Counted from the stretch's first letter, positions 1 through 12,400 are shown. The stretch is 64,000 bases of DNA from Eledone cirrhosa (GCA_964016885.1 OZ024743.1:251410001-251474000), one strand, 5' to 3'. Numbers and translations are program-made. The notes: generated by a model not told the origin, from the sequence alone.

Positions 1-689
1 AGAGAGAGAGAGAAAGAGATCTATATAAAAGATAGATGTATTTTGATAATTCCCTCCCTCCTATTTTAATTCTAATTAAAGAAATATATTTTTGCTCAAT
101 AACACACAACACACAATTCCGTGTATTATCCACTTACCGAAATGTTTCCGGCTTCTATTGGCAACATTCCTTCATGGTTTTCAACTTTGGTATTTATCCT
201 TATTTATAAGCTTGTAATGTCAGAAGACTGTGCCAAAAAGTTTCCTGCCCAGAACATGACAGCCACCATTGAAAACGGGAGTTCTAACATTACAACAAAA
301 ACACGATGTAATTTTTCTAAATATGATTACAAAGATATTCTTTTAGCTCTTTGCTGTCATGTGTTTTTTTTTTTAACATTGTAGTTGTTGTTGCTATATT
401 TATTCGGTCAGTATATATGTTTGTATATATATATATGTGTGTGTGTGTGTTTCCTATTGGACCATAACCCATGGTTTAAGATGAGAAACATTATCATCGT
501 CATCATTATCATCATCATTGCCACCAGCACCATCTTCCCCCTTATACGCACCATCATTATCACCACCATTTTTAAAGCCATAAATTATAGTGTATATAGT
601 GGTTTCAATATATTATCAGATTGCTCAACTAAGGATGTTACCAAATCCATCAAATATTCTTTTATTGATTGGTCTAGGTCTCTCTCTCC

Positions 690-1125
690 AGCTCTTGTTA
701 TATTCTTTTACTGATTTCAGTCACTAGAGTTTGGCCATATTGACACACAGCCTTGCAAGGCATTTGTCCTCCATATCCACACCACTGCTCATTTTTTTAA
801 GGCTTTTATTTTATTAATCGTTTTTTGCTGAACTTCAAAGTTAGGGGACATAAACAGACAGTACATGTAACCATGCACACACATACACATTTATATATAC
901 ACATGTATACATACATACATACACATATATATATATAGATATGCATACATATACATACACAAAGGCTTCCACACTGTTTCTGTCTGGTAAATTTCACTCA
1001 CAACACAATTTGTCAACCCAAGGCAACACTAGAAGACAGCCCAAAGTAAGGGCCACACAGTGACGATGGACTTGAAAACGCGATTGCAAAACAAATGTGT
1101 TAACCACCACACAGCCATGTCTACA
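690..1125 (-). mobile_element. Degraded tRNA-derived SINE (family 2, internal CA/TA microsatellite)
   Basis: Minus-strand head resembles GGCATGGCTGTGTGGTTAA (Pol III box A-like). Related segments recur near 12870-12970, 13770-13950 and 47715-47960. Confidence 0.5.
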
Positions 1126-1899
1126 TCTCTAATTGATTGATTAATTTGTTAATTAATTAATTAGAAAATTAAGACATCTGCGTAAAACATACAAATACCA
1201 AATACTTGCTGTTACCTTCTGATTCCTTCTGGCCAACATAAAACCTATGATGTATAGTAAAAGATCAGGAGGTAGAGGAAAATATTTGATGTTGGAAACA
1301 TCATAGGAATTATGTCTGCCATAAGAACATACAAGAGATCTCTTTAGTATGCTCTCTTAGAAACAATACAACAAACCAAAGTTGTAACAATCGAGATTTC
1401 CTGCCTTTTCAAAAATAAAAAAATAAAAACAAGGATAATAAAAATAATAATAATAATAAAGAAAACATTATATCATTGTATCTTTGGAATCTAAAAGACA
1501 ACAACGAAGAAGGAAATATAACATACAAATAGAAAGAAAAAGTTAATGATGGTTTTCAGACGATATCTGATGCCAATAGTATGGCATGGAGTATTATTTT
1601 AGTAAACGTATATTCGCATTCTTTCTAATGAAACTCTGCAATTAGTTGTGGAGATAATTAGAGAACATTTTTTTTATTTGTTTTGTTTTGTTTATTAGTT
1701 GTATTGCATTGTTGCCATGTGTGGTGTGATGTGTGGTGTTGCGTGTTTATTAGACATAACGATATTCTCATTATTTACTTGTTTCATATATAATGAGGTG
1801 TGTTTGCAGATCAAAGCCTAACTAATTTAGTGAAGTGGACCATAACAATGTTTAAAGCTTTGTTACGAAACCAACAATAAAACTATTTCAGTTGGTAGC

Positions 1900-2100
1900 T
1901 ATCGCCACCACTATCAACAGTCCTGTTGCTCTACTAATGCTATAACACTACTGTAGTCATACTAATACTTCAACACTACTGTTTTCCTACTAATACTACA
2001 ACACTGCTCTAGTCTTGCTAATACTACATTACTGTCATCTTACTAATACTACAACACTGCTCTGGTACTAATACAATATTACTAATATTCTTACTATCAA
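1900..2100. repeat. Degenerate (ACT/CTA)-rich tandem repeat
   Basis: Recurring ACTAATACTACAACACTGCTCT-like units. Confidence 0.7.
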
Positions 2101-2104
2101 CATT

Positions 2105-2325
2105 GACGGTGGTAGGTTATCAGAGTTGTTAGAGGAATGCACAAATGCTTTGCAGTAGTTTTTATAGTTCTTTGTTCTGAGTTTAAACCTCGTGAAAGTC
2201 AACTTTGCTTTCATATTTCCAGGGTCCATAAAATAAAGTACCAGTAAAGAACTGAGATCAATATAATTGACTTTCTCCTTATCCCAAATTTCTAGCCTTG
2301 TGCCTAAATTAGAAATTATAATTAT
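2105..2325 (+). mobile_element. tRNA-derived SINE family 1, diverged copy
   Basis: Matches the family core GCTTTCAT...GGGTC.ATAAAATAAAGTACCAG and the tail GCCTTGTGCCTAAATTAGAAA + ATT repeats. Confidence 0.7.
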
Positions 2326-2594
2326 TGTCAACATTACTGTTTCTCTGCTAATATTTACCAACAATTATTAATACTAATATCACTACCATTGTTGTGCTTC
2401 TACTATTACTGTGCTAGAACTCAGTCAGTTCTGATGACTGGCGTCCCATTTGTTTAATCAATGGATAGGAGGAGAAGGGAGATACAGTTGAAGTTTTGAA
2501 TTTTGAAAGAGAAAAAATAATAGCAGAACTGAAGAGAAGGAGGAAGGAAAGGAAAGAATGGAAAGAATGGAATGAGAAGATAGAAGACAAGAAA

Positions 2595-2705
2595 TAATTG
2601 TTTCTACTTTAGGCACAAGGCCAGCAATTACCCAGTGCAGTACTGGTACTTTATTTTATCGACCCCGTAAGGATGAAAGGCAAAGTCAACCTCAGCGAGA
2701 TTGGA
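2595..2705 (-). mobile_element. SINE family 1, 3' half
   Basis: AATTGTTTCTACTTTAGGCACAAGGCCAGCAATTACCCAG...GACCCCGTAAGGATGAAAGGC, nearly identical to 33777 and 48620. Confidence 0.8.
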
Positions 2706-3049
2706 AAAGGAAGGAAAGAAAACAAAAATGCAAAAAATGAATGAGAAACAAAGGATGGAAGAAAGAAATGCAACTCTCGAAACAAAGAAAAACTTTGTTG
2801 CTAAATTTTTCAAACTTAAAATTTCCTGAAAGATTATTTCTGGGGATGAACAGCAAAATGAATGTATTTTATTATGGAGTTGCCTAACTGCTACAGATTA
2901 GTCAATATATGAAAAATATATTGGTTTATTTTGCATTTGAAATGATGGTAAACCAATGGATTAATTAAGTAGTCAATTTTGTCCTATTTGTTTTCGTTGT
3001 TCAACCTTATATATACAAATAAGACAAAATTTACTACTTAATTGATCCA

Positions 3050-3200
3050 TTGTGAATTGGCAGAGTCGTTCAAACATTGGATATAATATTTTATGGTATT
3101 TGTTCCAGCTCTCTGAGTTCAAATCCCACTGTGGTCAAGTATACCTTTCATCCTTTCAAGGTCGATAAAAAAAGTACCAGTCTAATACTGGGGTCAATTC
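3050..3200 (+). mobile_element. SINE family 1 copy
   Basis: Box A-like TGGCAGAGTCGTT, box B GAGTTCAAATCCC, core CCTTTCATCCTTTCAAGGTCGATAAA. Confidence 0.7.
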
Positions 3201-3340
3201 TTCCTCTCTTTGGAAGAATTCTGCTGTACACAGGCCTGGAGAGGGAAGGGTTCCACCAGGCTTAAAATGCCCAAGATACACCGTATGTCAATACGGTGCC
3301 CCTAAGACTCTATCAGGAGTTACATACATATATATATATA

Positions 3341-3513
3341 CAGATAAAATTCCATTATAACGAATACGATTATAACAAATTTTGCAGTATAACGAAATTT
3401 TGTTCAATACCCGGCCACACGCTCGATGCATTAGGTCGATCTCTTTATAAAGAATTTTTCGTTATAACGAATTTTTTCTTATACCCCATGAATTTCGTTA
3501 TAATGGAATTTCA

Positions 3514-3516
<3 letters not shown>
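3341..3516. mobile_element. Tc1/mariner-pogo (Tigger-like) MITE
   Basis: Terminal inverted repeats CAGATAAAATTCCATTATAACGAA / TTCGTTATAATGGAATTTCACTG, internal TTATAACGAA repeats, flanked by TA. Confidence 0.8.
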
Positions 3517-3566
<50 letters not shown>

Positions 3567-3594
3567 TGGTTACACAACAGTTAGTTCACCATAC

Positions 3595-3632
3595 CGAGAA
3601 CAATTGTTTCACCTTAGCGGATCCTCAGCTCG
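3595..3632 (-). ncRNA. Minimal type-I hammerhead ribozyme motif (mirror copy)
   Basis: Minus strand reads CGAG-CTGAGGA-t-CC-gctaa-GG-t-GAAAC-AATT-GTT-CTCG, with a perfect 4-bp stem I. Confidence 0.6.
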
Positions 3633-3668
3633 AGCTGAGGATCCGCTAAAGTGAAACAATTGTTCTTG
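3631..3668 (+). ncRNA. Minimal type-I hammerhead ribozyme motif
   Basis: CGAG-CTGAGGA-tccgctaaagt-GAAAC-AATT-GTT-CTTG: stem I, CUGANGA core, GAAA, palindromic stem III. Stem II is weak. Confidence 0.55.
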
Positions 3669-3763
3669 GTATGGTGAACTAACTGTTTTGTAACCACTTC
3701 TACCTAACTCGTCCCATGGACTGAGTGCTCTACCACTACGGATATTAACTGCCAGTGTTCTAC

Positions 3764-3801
<38 letters not shown>

Positions 3802-4316
3802 CAGGAACATATGACCTAGTGGATAGGATGTCTGGATTCTATTGCTGGTTGCCTTTTGGATTGCAAACTACTTTAAAGAGTGCACTAAAGAGGCTGTTAT
3901 ATCTTTGACATAACTGAACAGTTTGTTATGCCCTTGAGAACACTGAAGTTGTTGTCATATCCTTGTTATATATCTGAAGTGGTTGTCATGTTCTTGACAT
4001 AGCTGAATAGTCCTTGCAGATTCAGCTTAACTAGTTTATATATGTTTACTGAAACAACTCAACAATTTGGTGGATATTTCAGTGATTTATATAATGAAGA
4101 GTATCCATCTGTAAATAATAACAAATAATAAACAACCCTGCTCTAAAGCTCTACCACATATAGAACATGAAAGAGCCCAAATTAGCTGAGCCATTCCAAC
4201 AAACCATACTTCAATCCTGTCTACAGTAAATTTATTTTGTGAAACTCCATTCTGCATACTCATTAATTTTCCCTTTTTGTTTTATCACAGAGTTAAGTAA
4301 ATCAACATTTTCATTC

Positions 4317-4351
<35 letters not shown>

Positions 4352-5307
4352 GTGTGGTATCATTTCAGATATATATTCTCTTGTTTCTGCGAAATATTTC
4401 ATGTCTATTTCTGACAATATTTAACAACAATCTAGTGACATAAAACTACTTTGGATCATCTGTAACAAAGAATTGTTGTCTTGTCTATATATATATATAT
4501 ATATATATATTATGTAATAATACAACCATGCGCATTTTATATAGATTTATATACATCCCTGTCTGTAATTCTTTAATGTTTACACAAACAAGCATACACT
4601 CACACACAAATACATAATGCATTTCCTATCTTAGTAATGTTGCTACAATAATGTTCTCTGTATCAAAAATATATTGCCATAATCATTTTCATGCCTGTTT
4701 CCTCAGGCTTCAAAGGGTTGGACAGAACCTCTCTAAAACTCTGTCTCACTATTTGTTCAACATCATGAAATTAATTTTGTCTACATTTGTTGGTGCCACA
4801 CTAAAATGCACTCGGTAGATTATATATTGAACTCCTGTCCCCAGCTGGAGGTGAAAGGCTCTACTTCAGTACTTCTTGGTCTCCGGTGATATGTACAACC
4901 CTTGCTAACAGGGAAAGCAGATGATAAATAACGATGATGATTGTTTGTAGCCCACAGTGGTTCAACTAGCCAAAAATGTCTTAATCTTAAAGATTAACAT
5001 CAGTCTGGCTGTAGAATTTTGCATGATAACTTGAAAAGTTTTATCAAACCCCTGCCAGCATCGAAAAGTGGATATAAAAGTGTTGATGGTTATTATGATG
5101 ATGATAATCATAAGGATTTAATGGTGATGAAGGAGATGATGAGAACGATGATGATAAGGCGATGGTGATGATGTGATGATGGCAATGAGCATGATGATGT
5201 GATGCTGATTATAGAGATGATGATGACGATGGCCTTCAAAAACTGCAATAAGCATCACAATCTCATGTCTTTCTCATCTAACACATCTCCGTCACTCTCT
5301 ATTTATT

Positions 5308-5363
<56 letters not shown>

Positions 5364-5724
5364 AGACAACCTTGTGCTTAAGTACGAAATCAATATATTC
5401 TAAGTGTGTTGCCTGTGATTAGTTCAAGATAAACTGTATTGATAGCTTTATCTGAAATTACATACAGAAAAAAAACTACAGAAAATTACTACAAAAAAAG
5501 AAAGAAACTACAACAAAAAACTAAAAGATTGGTTTCTTTATTTTGACACATATTTTCATAGTTGCAATATAGTTTCTCTCCAAATATGAATGAGAGAGAG
5601 AGAGGAAGCAAGAGAGAAAGATTCCTTACATAAGTGTCTCATTTACTCTAGTGTTGGTTCTACATTCTATACACTCAGTGGCATTGTTATTTGTTTATCT
5701 CATCTGCCATATTTCAAAGACTGT

Positions 5725-6010
5725 GAAGGTGCATGGTTGAGTGGTTAGGGTGTTTTGTTCATGATTGTAAGGACTTGAGTTCTATTTCTGGCAATGCACT
5801 ATGTTCTTGAGAAAGACATTTTATTTCATGTTGCTCCAGGCAACTCAGCGGGTAAAAAAATAAGTTGTACTGGAAATTTGAAGAACCAGTTTTGTGTCAT
5901 GCTGAATCCATCGAAAGTTATGTTAAGCGTACATATGTCTGTAGAATTATCAAGTAATTGCACATAAATTCCACAAGCAGCTGTTCTGTTGGTCAAACAA
6001 CTGGAGCAAA
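5725..6010 (+). mobile_element. Degraded tRNA-derived SINE (third type)
   Basis: GGTGCATGGTTGAGTGGTTAGGGTG head with box-B-like GAGTTCTATTTC downstream. Confidence 0.45.
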
Positions 6011-6139
6011 CATCATTGGTCCAACAACAACAACAAAAGATGTGATTGAGGTCCAACAACAACAACAAAAGATGTGATTGCCATTTGCTATACAGTTTTC
6101 CACAGCTCTTCTCCTTGACAGAGTTGCAGTTCTGGGTCA

Positions 6140-7090
6140 AGCAATGACTGAGAGGGGATGCTCAGAAACTGGAATGTTTTCAAGTGCCCTCAGCCCTCAG
6201 CGAATCAGGCAGTACAATCAGTGGAAACTTTACCTTGGTTTTCTATAGAGGTTTAGTGGCAAGAAAAAATAATGGCATTCTAGGGGAGACTCTGGGGGTT
6301 GACGAAAATCAGCTAGTCAGTTTTTTCTAGTGTAATTTTAGTCCAGAGACCATGGAAAACTTCCAGAATATCTGACCTGGCAATGCTACCGAGGATCTTT
6401 GTTAATTTGAGATTAACTCTACAGGCATGAAAGTGCCATCACCCAAGTCTGTTTGAGATGCATGCAGGACAACAAAATCTTCCTGCATGCACTCATTGGG
6501 TGACCGAGTATTGCTGATTTGTGGGCTCATGTCAGACACCTACTGTCAGTTGTGTGACAGATCCAACTATTGATTGAGTCTATAGTGAAGATCAGCTCAC
6601 AGTTATCTTGTAGAGGGGAAGGAAAGGCAGTTATTATCTGGTTGATGGCCATAGCAAAAGAGGTTGTGTGCTAGATACATTTGAATGGGTTAAAGACAAA
6701 CATTTTCCTCTTCAGTGAAGCCTTGATTAACTTTTTCAAGTTTTACGGTGGAGGTTCTTCCCAAGCAATTTGTTGGAAGGTGAGTGAGAGAGGAGAGCAT
6801 AGACCAAGTGAATGGCCTTTCTCTGAGTATGCACCTGTAAATTGGAGGACAACTGAAGGAGGGTGCTTTCCCAGGCAGCCAAGGTTAATGTGGCTTTTGT
6901 CTGCTTTCTCTATGTGTGACCCTTGGAGGTCTCCCCATTTGGGGGGAATTTGTAATGTTTGATTTTTAAATATTTGTTTTTTTAATCTTTGTAATAAACT
7001 CTTTTTACACATTTTTTAATCTTTGTAATAAACTCATTTTCCATCTTTATTGTTCTCTTAATGTGAGCCCTGTGGGACTAATAAAGAAAC
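6140..7090 (+). mobile_element. Tx1/L1-clade LINE 3' relic
   Basis: Broken reading WQCYR...CLRCMQDNKIFLHALIG (zf-RVT-like C-terminus) and GLKTNIFLFSEALINFFKF. Ends in AATAAA. Homologous to 35000-35480. Confidence 0.55.
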
Positions 7091-7100
7091 CATTATCATT

Positions 7101-7925
7101 TTTAGGGTGGTGGATTGGCAGAATTGGTAGAGCGTCGGATACCATGCTTCGAAGCATAGAGTTGCGTCCCTTTGCGTTCTGAGTTCAAATACCGCGAAGG
7201 TTAGATTTGCCTTTCACTCTTATGGAGATTCAATAAAATAAAGCACCATTAATGCACTGGGGTCAATTTAATCGACTTTCCCCTCCCCCTCAAATTGTGG
7301 CCTTGCACCTTAATTAGAAACCATTATTATTGTGGATTGGCAGTATCGGTAGAGGGTCAGACGCCATGCTTTCCAGCATAGTTACGTCCCTTTACGATCT
7401 GAGTTCAAATGCCGCCGAGGTTAACTTTGCTTTTCATCCTTACGGGGTCGATAAAATAAAGTACCAGTAATGCACTGGGTAATTGCTGGCCTTGTGCCTA
7501 ACGTAGAAACAATTATTATTGTTAGGGCGGTAAATTGGCAGGATCGGTAGAGCGTCGGACACCACGCTTTGCAGCATAGAGTTACAGCCCTTTACAGTCT
7601 GACTTTAAATCCTGCTGAGGTTAGTTTTGCCTTTCATTCTTGTGGGTTCGATAAATAAAGCACCAATAAAGCAGTGTGATCGATTTACTCAACTTTCTCG
7701 TCCCCTTGAAATTGCTGGCCTTGTGCCTAAAGTAGAAATAACTATTATTATACATGCTTTATGGCATTTAGATATGAAAATTTACATTTTGAGTTCAAAT
7801 CTTGCCAAAGTCAACATTGCCTTTCATCCTTCTGATGTCGAGTACTGAGGTTGATATAATTGACATTCCCTTAATCAGAAATTGCTGGCCTTGTCCTTAA
7901 ATTAGAAATTATTATTATTATTATT
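7101..7925 (+). mobile_element. Head-to-tail array of four SINE family 1 copies
   Basis: Units at ~7101-7330, 7331-7520, 7521-7750 and 7751-7925, each with a box-B-like GAGTTCAAAT (degenerate in the third), the conserved core and the GGCCTTGTGCCT..AGAAA(ATT)n tail. Confidence 0.85.
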
Positions 7926-8089
7926 GTTATTATTGCTTGGCAGGATTGTTAAAGCATAAAACAAAATGTCATTTTATTTCATCAGTCTTATTATTATTGT
8001 TATTAGTATTATCATTACTTTATATTTTTTCAGTGCAGAGTTCTTAGTGCATTCCTTTCATATCAGTTAATTGCTATGCTGTTTATCTT

Positions 8090-8700
8090 GCACCACAGCA
8101 ACAACAACATCAACAGCAGCAACACCTCAGCGACAATAGCCACAAAAACAGATGTAACACCACTGTAACAACAACAACAACAGCAACACAACAGCAGCAA
8201 CAACAACACCACAACAGTACCACCACCATAACAACAATGCTATCACCACAACAGCTACCACAACAGCAACAATGACAACAAAAACATCAACATTAACATT
8301 ACCCGAAAACAATGACACCATCACCACCAACACACTACGACAACAAGAACAACTCCTCCACCACTACAAACAACACCACTATCACCAACACTAACAACAT
8401 CAACAACATGACCACAACTTCAACACCACCAATAATAACAAAAACAGCACTACAATAAGGAAATGACACCACCACCACACCAATAGCATCACCACCCTGA
8501 CCAACAATAACAAAATCACCACTGCCAACTCTACGACCAACACCACCACCATCACCAACAATATCAAACCACCAGCAATACTACTTCAACACCACATGGA
8601 ACAACAGAAGAAACAAACCACCACCTCTCCACCACTAATAAAAAAAAAAACAGCAGTAACACCACCACTACCACCACCAGCATCACTACCAGCAATAACA
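8090..8700. repeat. Degenerate (CAA/CAC/CAG)n low-complexity tract
   Basis: Direct reading of the trinucleotide repeats. Confidence 0.85.
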
Positions 8701-9079
8701 ATGATTCGTTCATTCATACCATTATAACAGTGTTCACCTAAGCACCTATACAGTAGCAATACTGTTGTGTATTTTTGGTCGACTTTTTTCTTCTTCTTTG
8801 GCTTTCTCATGGTATATGTATATTTATATATATATGTATTTTCATGTATATTTTACTCAGAGGTCATTATCAGATCAAAATGAAAAAAGGGGAATATTTT
8901 GGTGTTATGTTTCTAATTCTGTTTGTGTGTTTCTCTGATAATGAATACAATAATAAACAGCGATAACATTTTTACACAGTAACTTAATCACTATGGCTTA
9001 TGTATTTAGTATACTTTATTTTTTATATATGATTTTGTTTATGCATATATAGATAAAAATATATACACATATGCATACA

Positions 9080-9110
9080 TCTCTCTCTCTCCCTCTCTCC
9101 TCCTCTCTCT

Positions 9111-9202
<92 letters not shown>

Positions 9203-9305
9203 ATATGTGTGTGTGTGTGTAATATATATATATAAATATGTGTGTGTGTGTTTGGTGGGGTGGTGTTTGTGTGTGCATATATATACATATATATATATAT
9301 ATACA
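9080..9305. repeat. Compound (CT)n(AT)n(GT)n microsatellite
   Basis: Direct reading. Confidence 0.95.
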
Positions 9306-9937
9306 GCCACACATATAATTGTTATTATTATTTGTGGTGAGGTCTGAAGCACTTATAATTATCTGCTATTAATATGTATTTTTCTGAAGGTGCCATGCAC
9401 CGTTTTTCTGTCCATTATAATAATTTACTTCTTCAATACAATTACCCTAATTCTTTAGACTTCCCTTCTTTTTCTGGGGACATTTTATTGATTATCCCTT
9501 TTGTTACCATATTTCTAATGAATGACAGCCTATGAAGGTAATAATAATATGTAGGAATTTAATAATATAACTAACATTCCGATTATCCTTCTGATACCAA
9601 ACTATCTGAAAGTGTCTTGGTTCTGAGATACAAAACTATTTATTTAAAGTGTTTATATTTATCTAAGGACTTTCCATTATAATTCTACATAAGAAATTCT
9701 GTTAAATGATGTGGACATGTCTAACTTTTTCAGATGTTTATAAAGGAATTAGTCATGTTTAACTCTATGAAACTATGGACATGCACGAATAAGTCAACCT
9801 GCCAATATGTATAAGTCTGCATATATATATAGACATACATTAGTTATATATACATATATTCAGTGATTCAGTAGATTTGTGGTTTACTGAAGAAGGCACC
9901 AATATTATCATTCTATGCTATAGCAGAGTGTATACAT

Positions 9938-10197
9938 TAAGAAGAGCAAAATGAGGTTTCAAATAGATTTTTGTTGATTAGGTTTAGTTATGAACGTTTC
10001 CCCGCTGGATGGCTCAAGATATATATTTGTCTTATAGACCAAACCCCCACCCCAATCTGATCATCAGACTTGTTAAGCAAGCAAAACCATAATTTTATCT
10101 GCAGTTGGGTCTATAACACAAATATGTATCCTGAGTCACCCATATTTGCAACGTTTGTAACTAAGCATTGATGTGAATCCTCATTTTGTTCTTCTTA
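9938..10197. mobile_element. Degenerate fold-back/MITE-like element with long inverted arms
   Basis: TAAGAAGAGCAAAATGAGG...CCTCATTTTGTTCTTCTTA termini. Inner arms GGCTCAAGATATATATTTGTCTTATAGACC / GGTCTATAACACAAATATGTATCCTGAGTC. Confidence 0.6.
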
Positions 10198-11390
10198 TCA
10201 TCATCATCATCATCATCACCGTTTTACGTCCGTTCTTCCATGCTAGCATGGGTTAGACGGGTTGTCCTGTTGTGGGCAGTGTCTACTCATACAGGAACTG
10301 AATTTGGCTTGATTTCTACAGCTGGAGGCCCTTCCTAACACCAACCTCATTTACAGTGAGTGCTGGGTGCTTTTTTCCGTGGCGCCTACACGTCCACTTT
10401 ACAGTGTAGGCTGGGTGCTTTTTTGCCGTGGCACCTCCATGACCACATTGCATATTGTCTATATGCTTCAGCTTGTACCCATGGGAGATTGGTTACTCTG
10501 TATTACTGCGTGACGCCAGAGGTCATGGTCGTGTGTCATTGCCTTTGAGAGGTGTAATTGGGTAAGGTCGGCTTTTATCACCTCATCCCAGGTCTTCTTG
10601 GGTCTCCCCACTCCGCGGTTTCCATTGACTTCTAGTGCTCTGCACCTTTTTATGCAGCTGTCATCCTTCATACGCATCACATGACCATACCAGCGCAACC
10701 GCCTCTCCTGCACACAGCATTTGATTCCTCTTATGCTCAGTCTCTCTCTCAATTCATTTATGCTTTGCCGTTCGTGTATATTACTATTACACATCCATCG
10801 GAGCATGCAGGCTTCGTTTCTTTCTAATCTACGTAAGTCTTCCACCTTCAGCGCCCAGGTCTCACTACCATGTAACATTGCTGTTCATATACACGCATCA
10901 TACAGTCTGCCTTTTATTTTGAGGGAAAAGCCTTTTGCAGCTAGCAGTGGCAGTAGCTCCCTGAACTTCTTCCATCCCGTTCTTACACTAGTTATTGTAC
11001 TTTCTGAACACCCACCTCCGCTGCTAATTCGGTCACCTAGGTAGCAGAAGCTGTCTACTGTCTCTACAGAGCCCTCCCGAGATTGGTGGTACTTGTTTCC
11101 TGTGGCTGTTTGCTGCTTACTGTCCCAGCACAGCTGCTACATGTGAAGCCTACATTCTTAATTAAGTTTCCTGAGATCCTGCTACATCTCTTGTGTACCC
11201 ATTGTTTGCATTTGGGGCAGAGAATGGAGTTCCTAGCTACACCTTTCCTACATACTGAGCAAGGCCATTTCCCTGAGGGGATCTGGGTTCTGTTTTCTCG
11301 TCTACTTACAAGGACCTTAGTCTTTGTCAGGTTGACTTTGAGACCCTTTCTTTCTAGTCCCTGCTTCCAAGTTTGGAATTTCTTCTCAAC
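10197..11390 (-). mobile_element. RTE-clade LINE, 5'-truncated (subfamily A)
   Basis: MLHGSETW...RRLRWYGHVMR...GRPKKTW RTE C-terminus, Cys-rich finger, 3' UTR and (GAT)n tail. Near-identical to 58340-59520. Confidence 0.92.
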
Positions 11391-11699
11391 ATATATATAT
11401 ATTGTAGTGTAATATGGTAATGAATATTCATAGTTGGGAGAGCACTCAATCTATGTGATGAGTTGTATACAGATATTTATTACATTATCTTGAGGGGTTC
11501 TCATACACAAACAGCAGCAACTACATCAGGATATATGTATGTCATGTGAGAACACCTCAGCTGTTGTTCTTATACATGAAGGAGAAACCAATCAATACAG
11601 GCATTTTGCATGGTGATCCACTTCACTCCCTTTTATAATATGTTTGACCTGCACCCTTTGCACTGCCATCATATATATGGATGGCATAACCATCATGAG

Positions 11700-12400
11700 T
11701 AATCAGATTTGCCATCATTAAGCTATTGTTCTCCCTGATCTTGACTATGCAGATGACATTGCTCTTCCAGAAGAAACCATTGAATCAACTCAGAGCTTCC
11801 TCCTTCGTGTCGAGACTGCTTGCCAAGAAGTTGATTCGTTTCTTAATATTTCAAAAACTAAATACGTGCATTTAAACCCATTCACTCTCAGTCCACTACA
11901 TGCTTCTGGCAGTTGACTTATGGAACTGTTTCAAGAATTTCAGTATCTGTATGGTTACACTAACTCTGAGCATGATATGACCACCATAATACAGTGCAAT
12001 AAAATCGCTGCAAAACGCCTGAAAAGCTCCTGTTCTAAGATCTATGAAGTGCAAAGTCTTCAAAGTTACGGTCAAAACCATCTTATTATATGGTTCAGAA
12101 TCTTGAATTCTCTCACTACTAGAAACTTGATGGATTCTACTCCAAGATGTTACATGTGGTGTTTAACATTTCGTGGAAAATTCATTCTACCAACAAAATT
12201 CTTTTTGGTGATCTGTCATGAGTTTTATCAAAAGTTGGAGTCCATCACTTAGCTCTTGCTGGTAATGTTTCTGCCATGATGAACCTGCAGGAAAACTGCT
12301 ACTCTGGACACCAGATGTGCTATGTGGGACATCTAAAACCCAACAAGACTCTGTTGACGAAGGACACTGGCCTCACTGGATAGGAGCTTCTTGCTGTGAT
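11700..12400 (+). mobile_element. Old non-LTR retrotransposon RT relic (RTE/Proto2-like)
   Basis: Translates DLDYADDIAL...QSFLLRVETAC...LNISKTKY, FQYL, LLYGSES and LLLWTP, with many stops and frameshifts. Confidence 0.65.

Larger units (their letters stand above)
3564..3768. mobile_element. PLE-derived fold-back cassette: 136-bp palindrome plus ~70-bp tail, inside (TA)n
   Basis: 68-bp arms 3564-3631 / 3632-3699 centred on CTCGAG, 3 mismatches, hammerhead motif on both strands, TA tracts on both sides. Confidence 0.75.

Noticed and set aside
7101-7200. tRNA genes
   Set aside because: Box A/B motifs are SINE heads with no complete cloverleaf, followed by SINE core and tail.
11403-11690. Possible solo LTR starting TGTAGTG
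   Set aside because: No clear terminal inverted repeat, TSD or second copy in the window.
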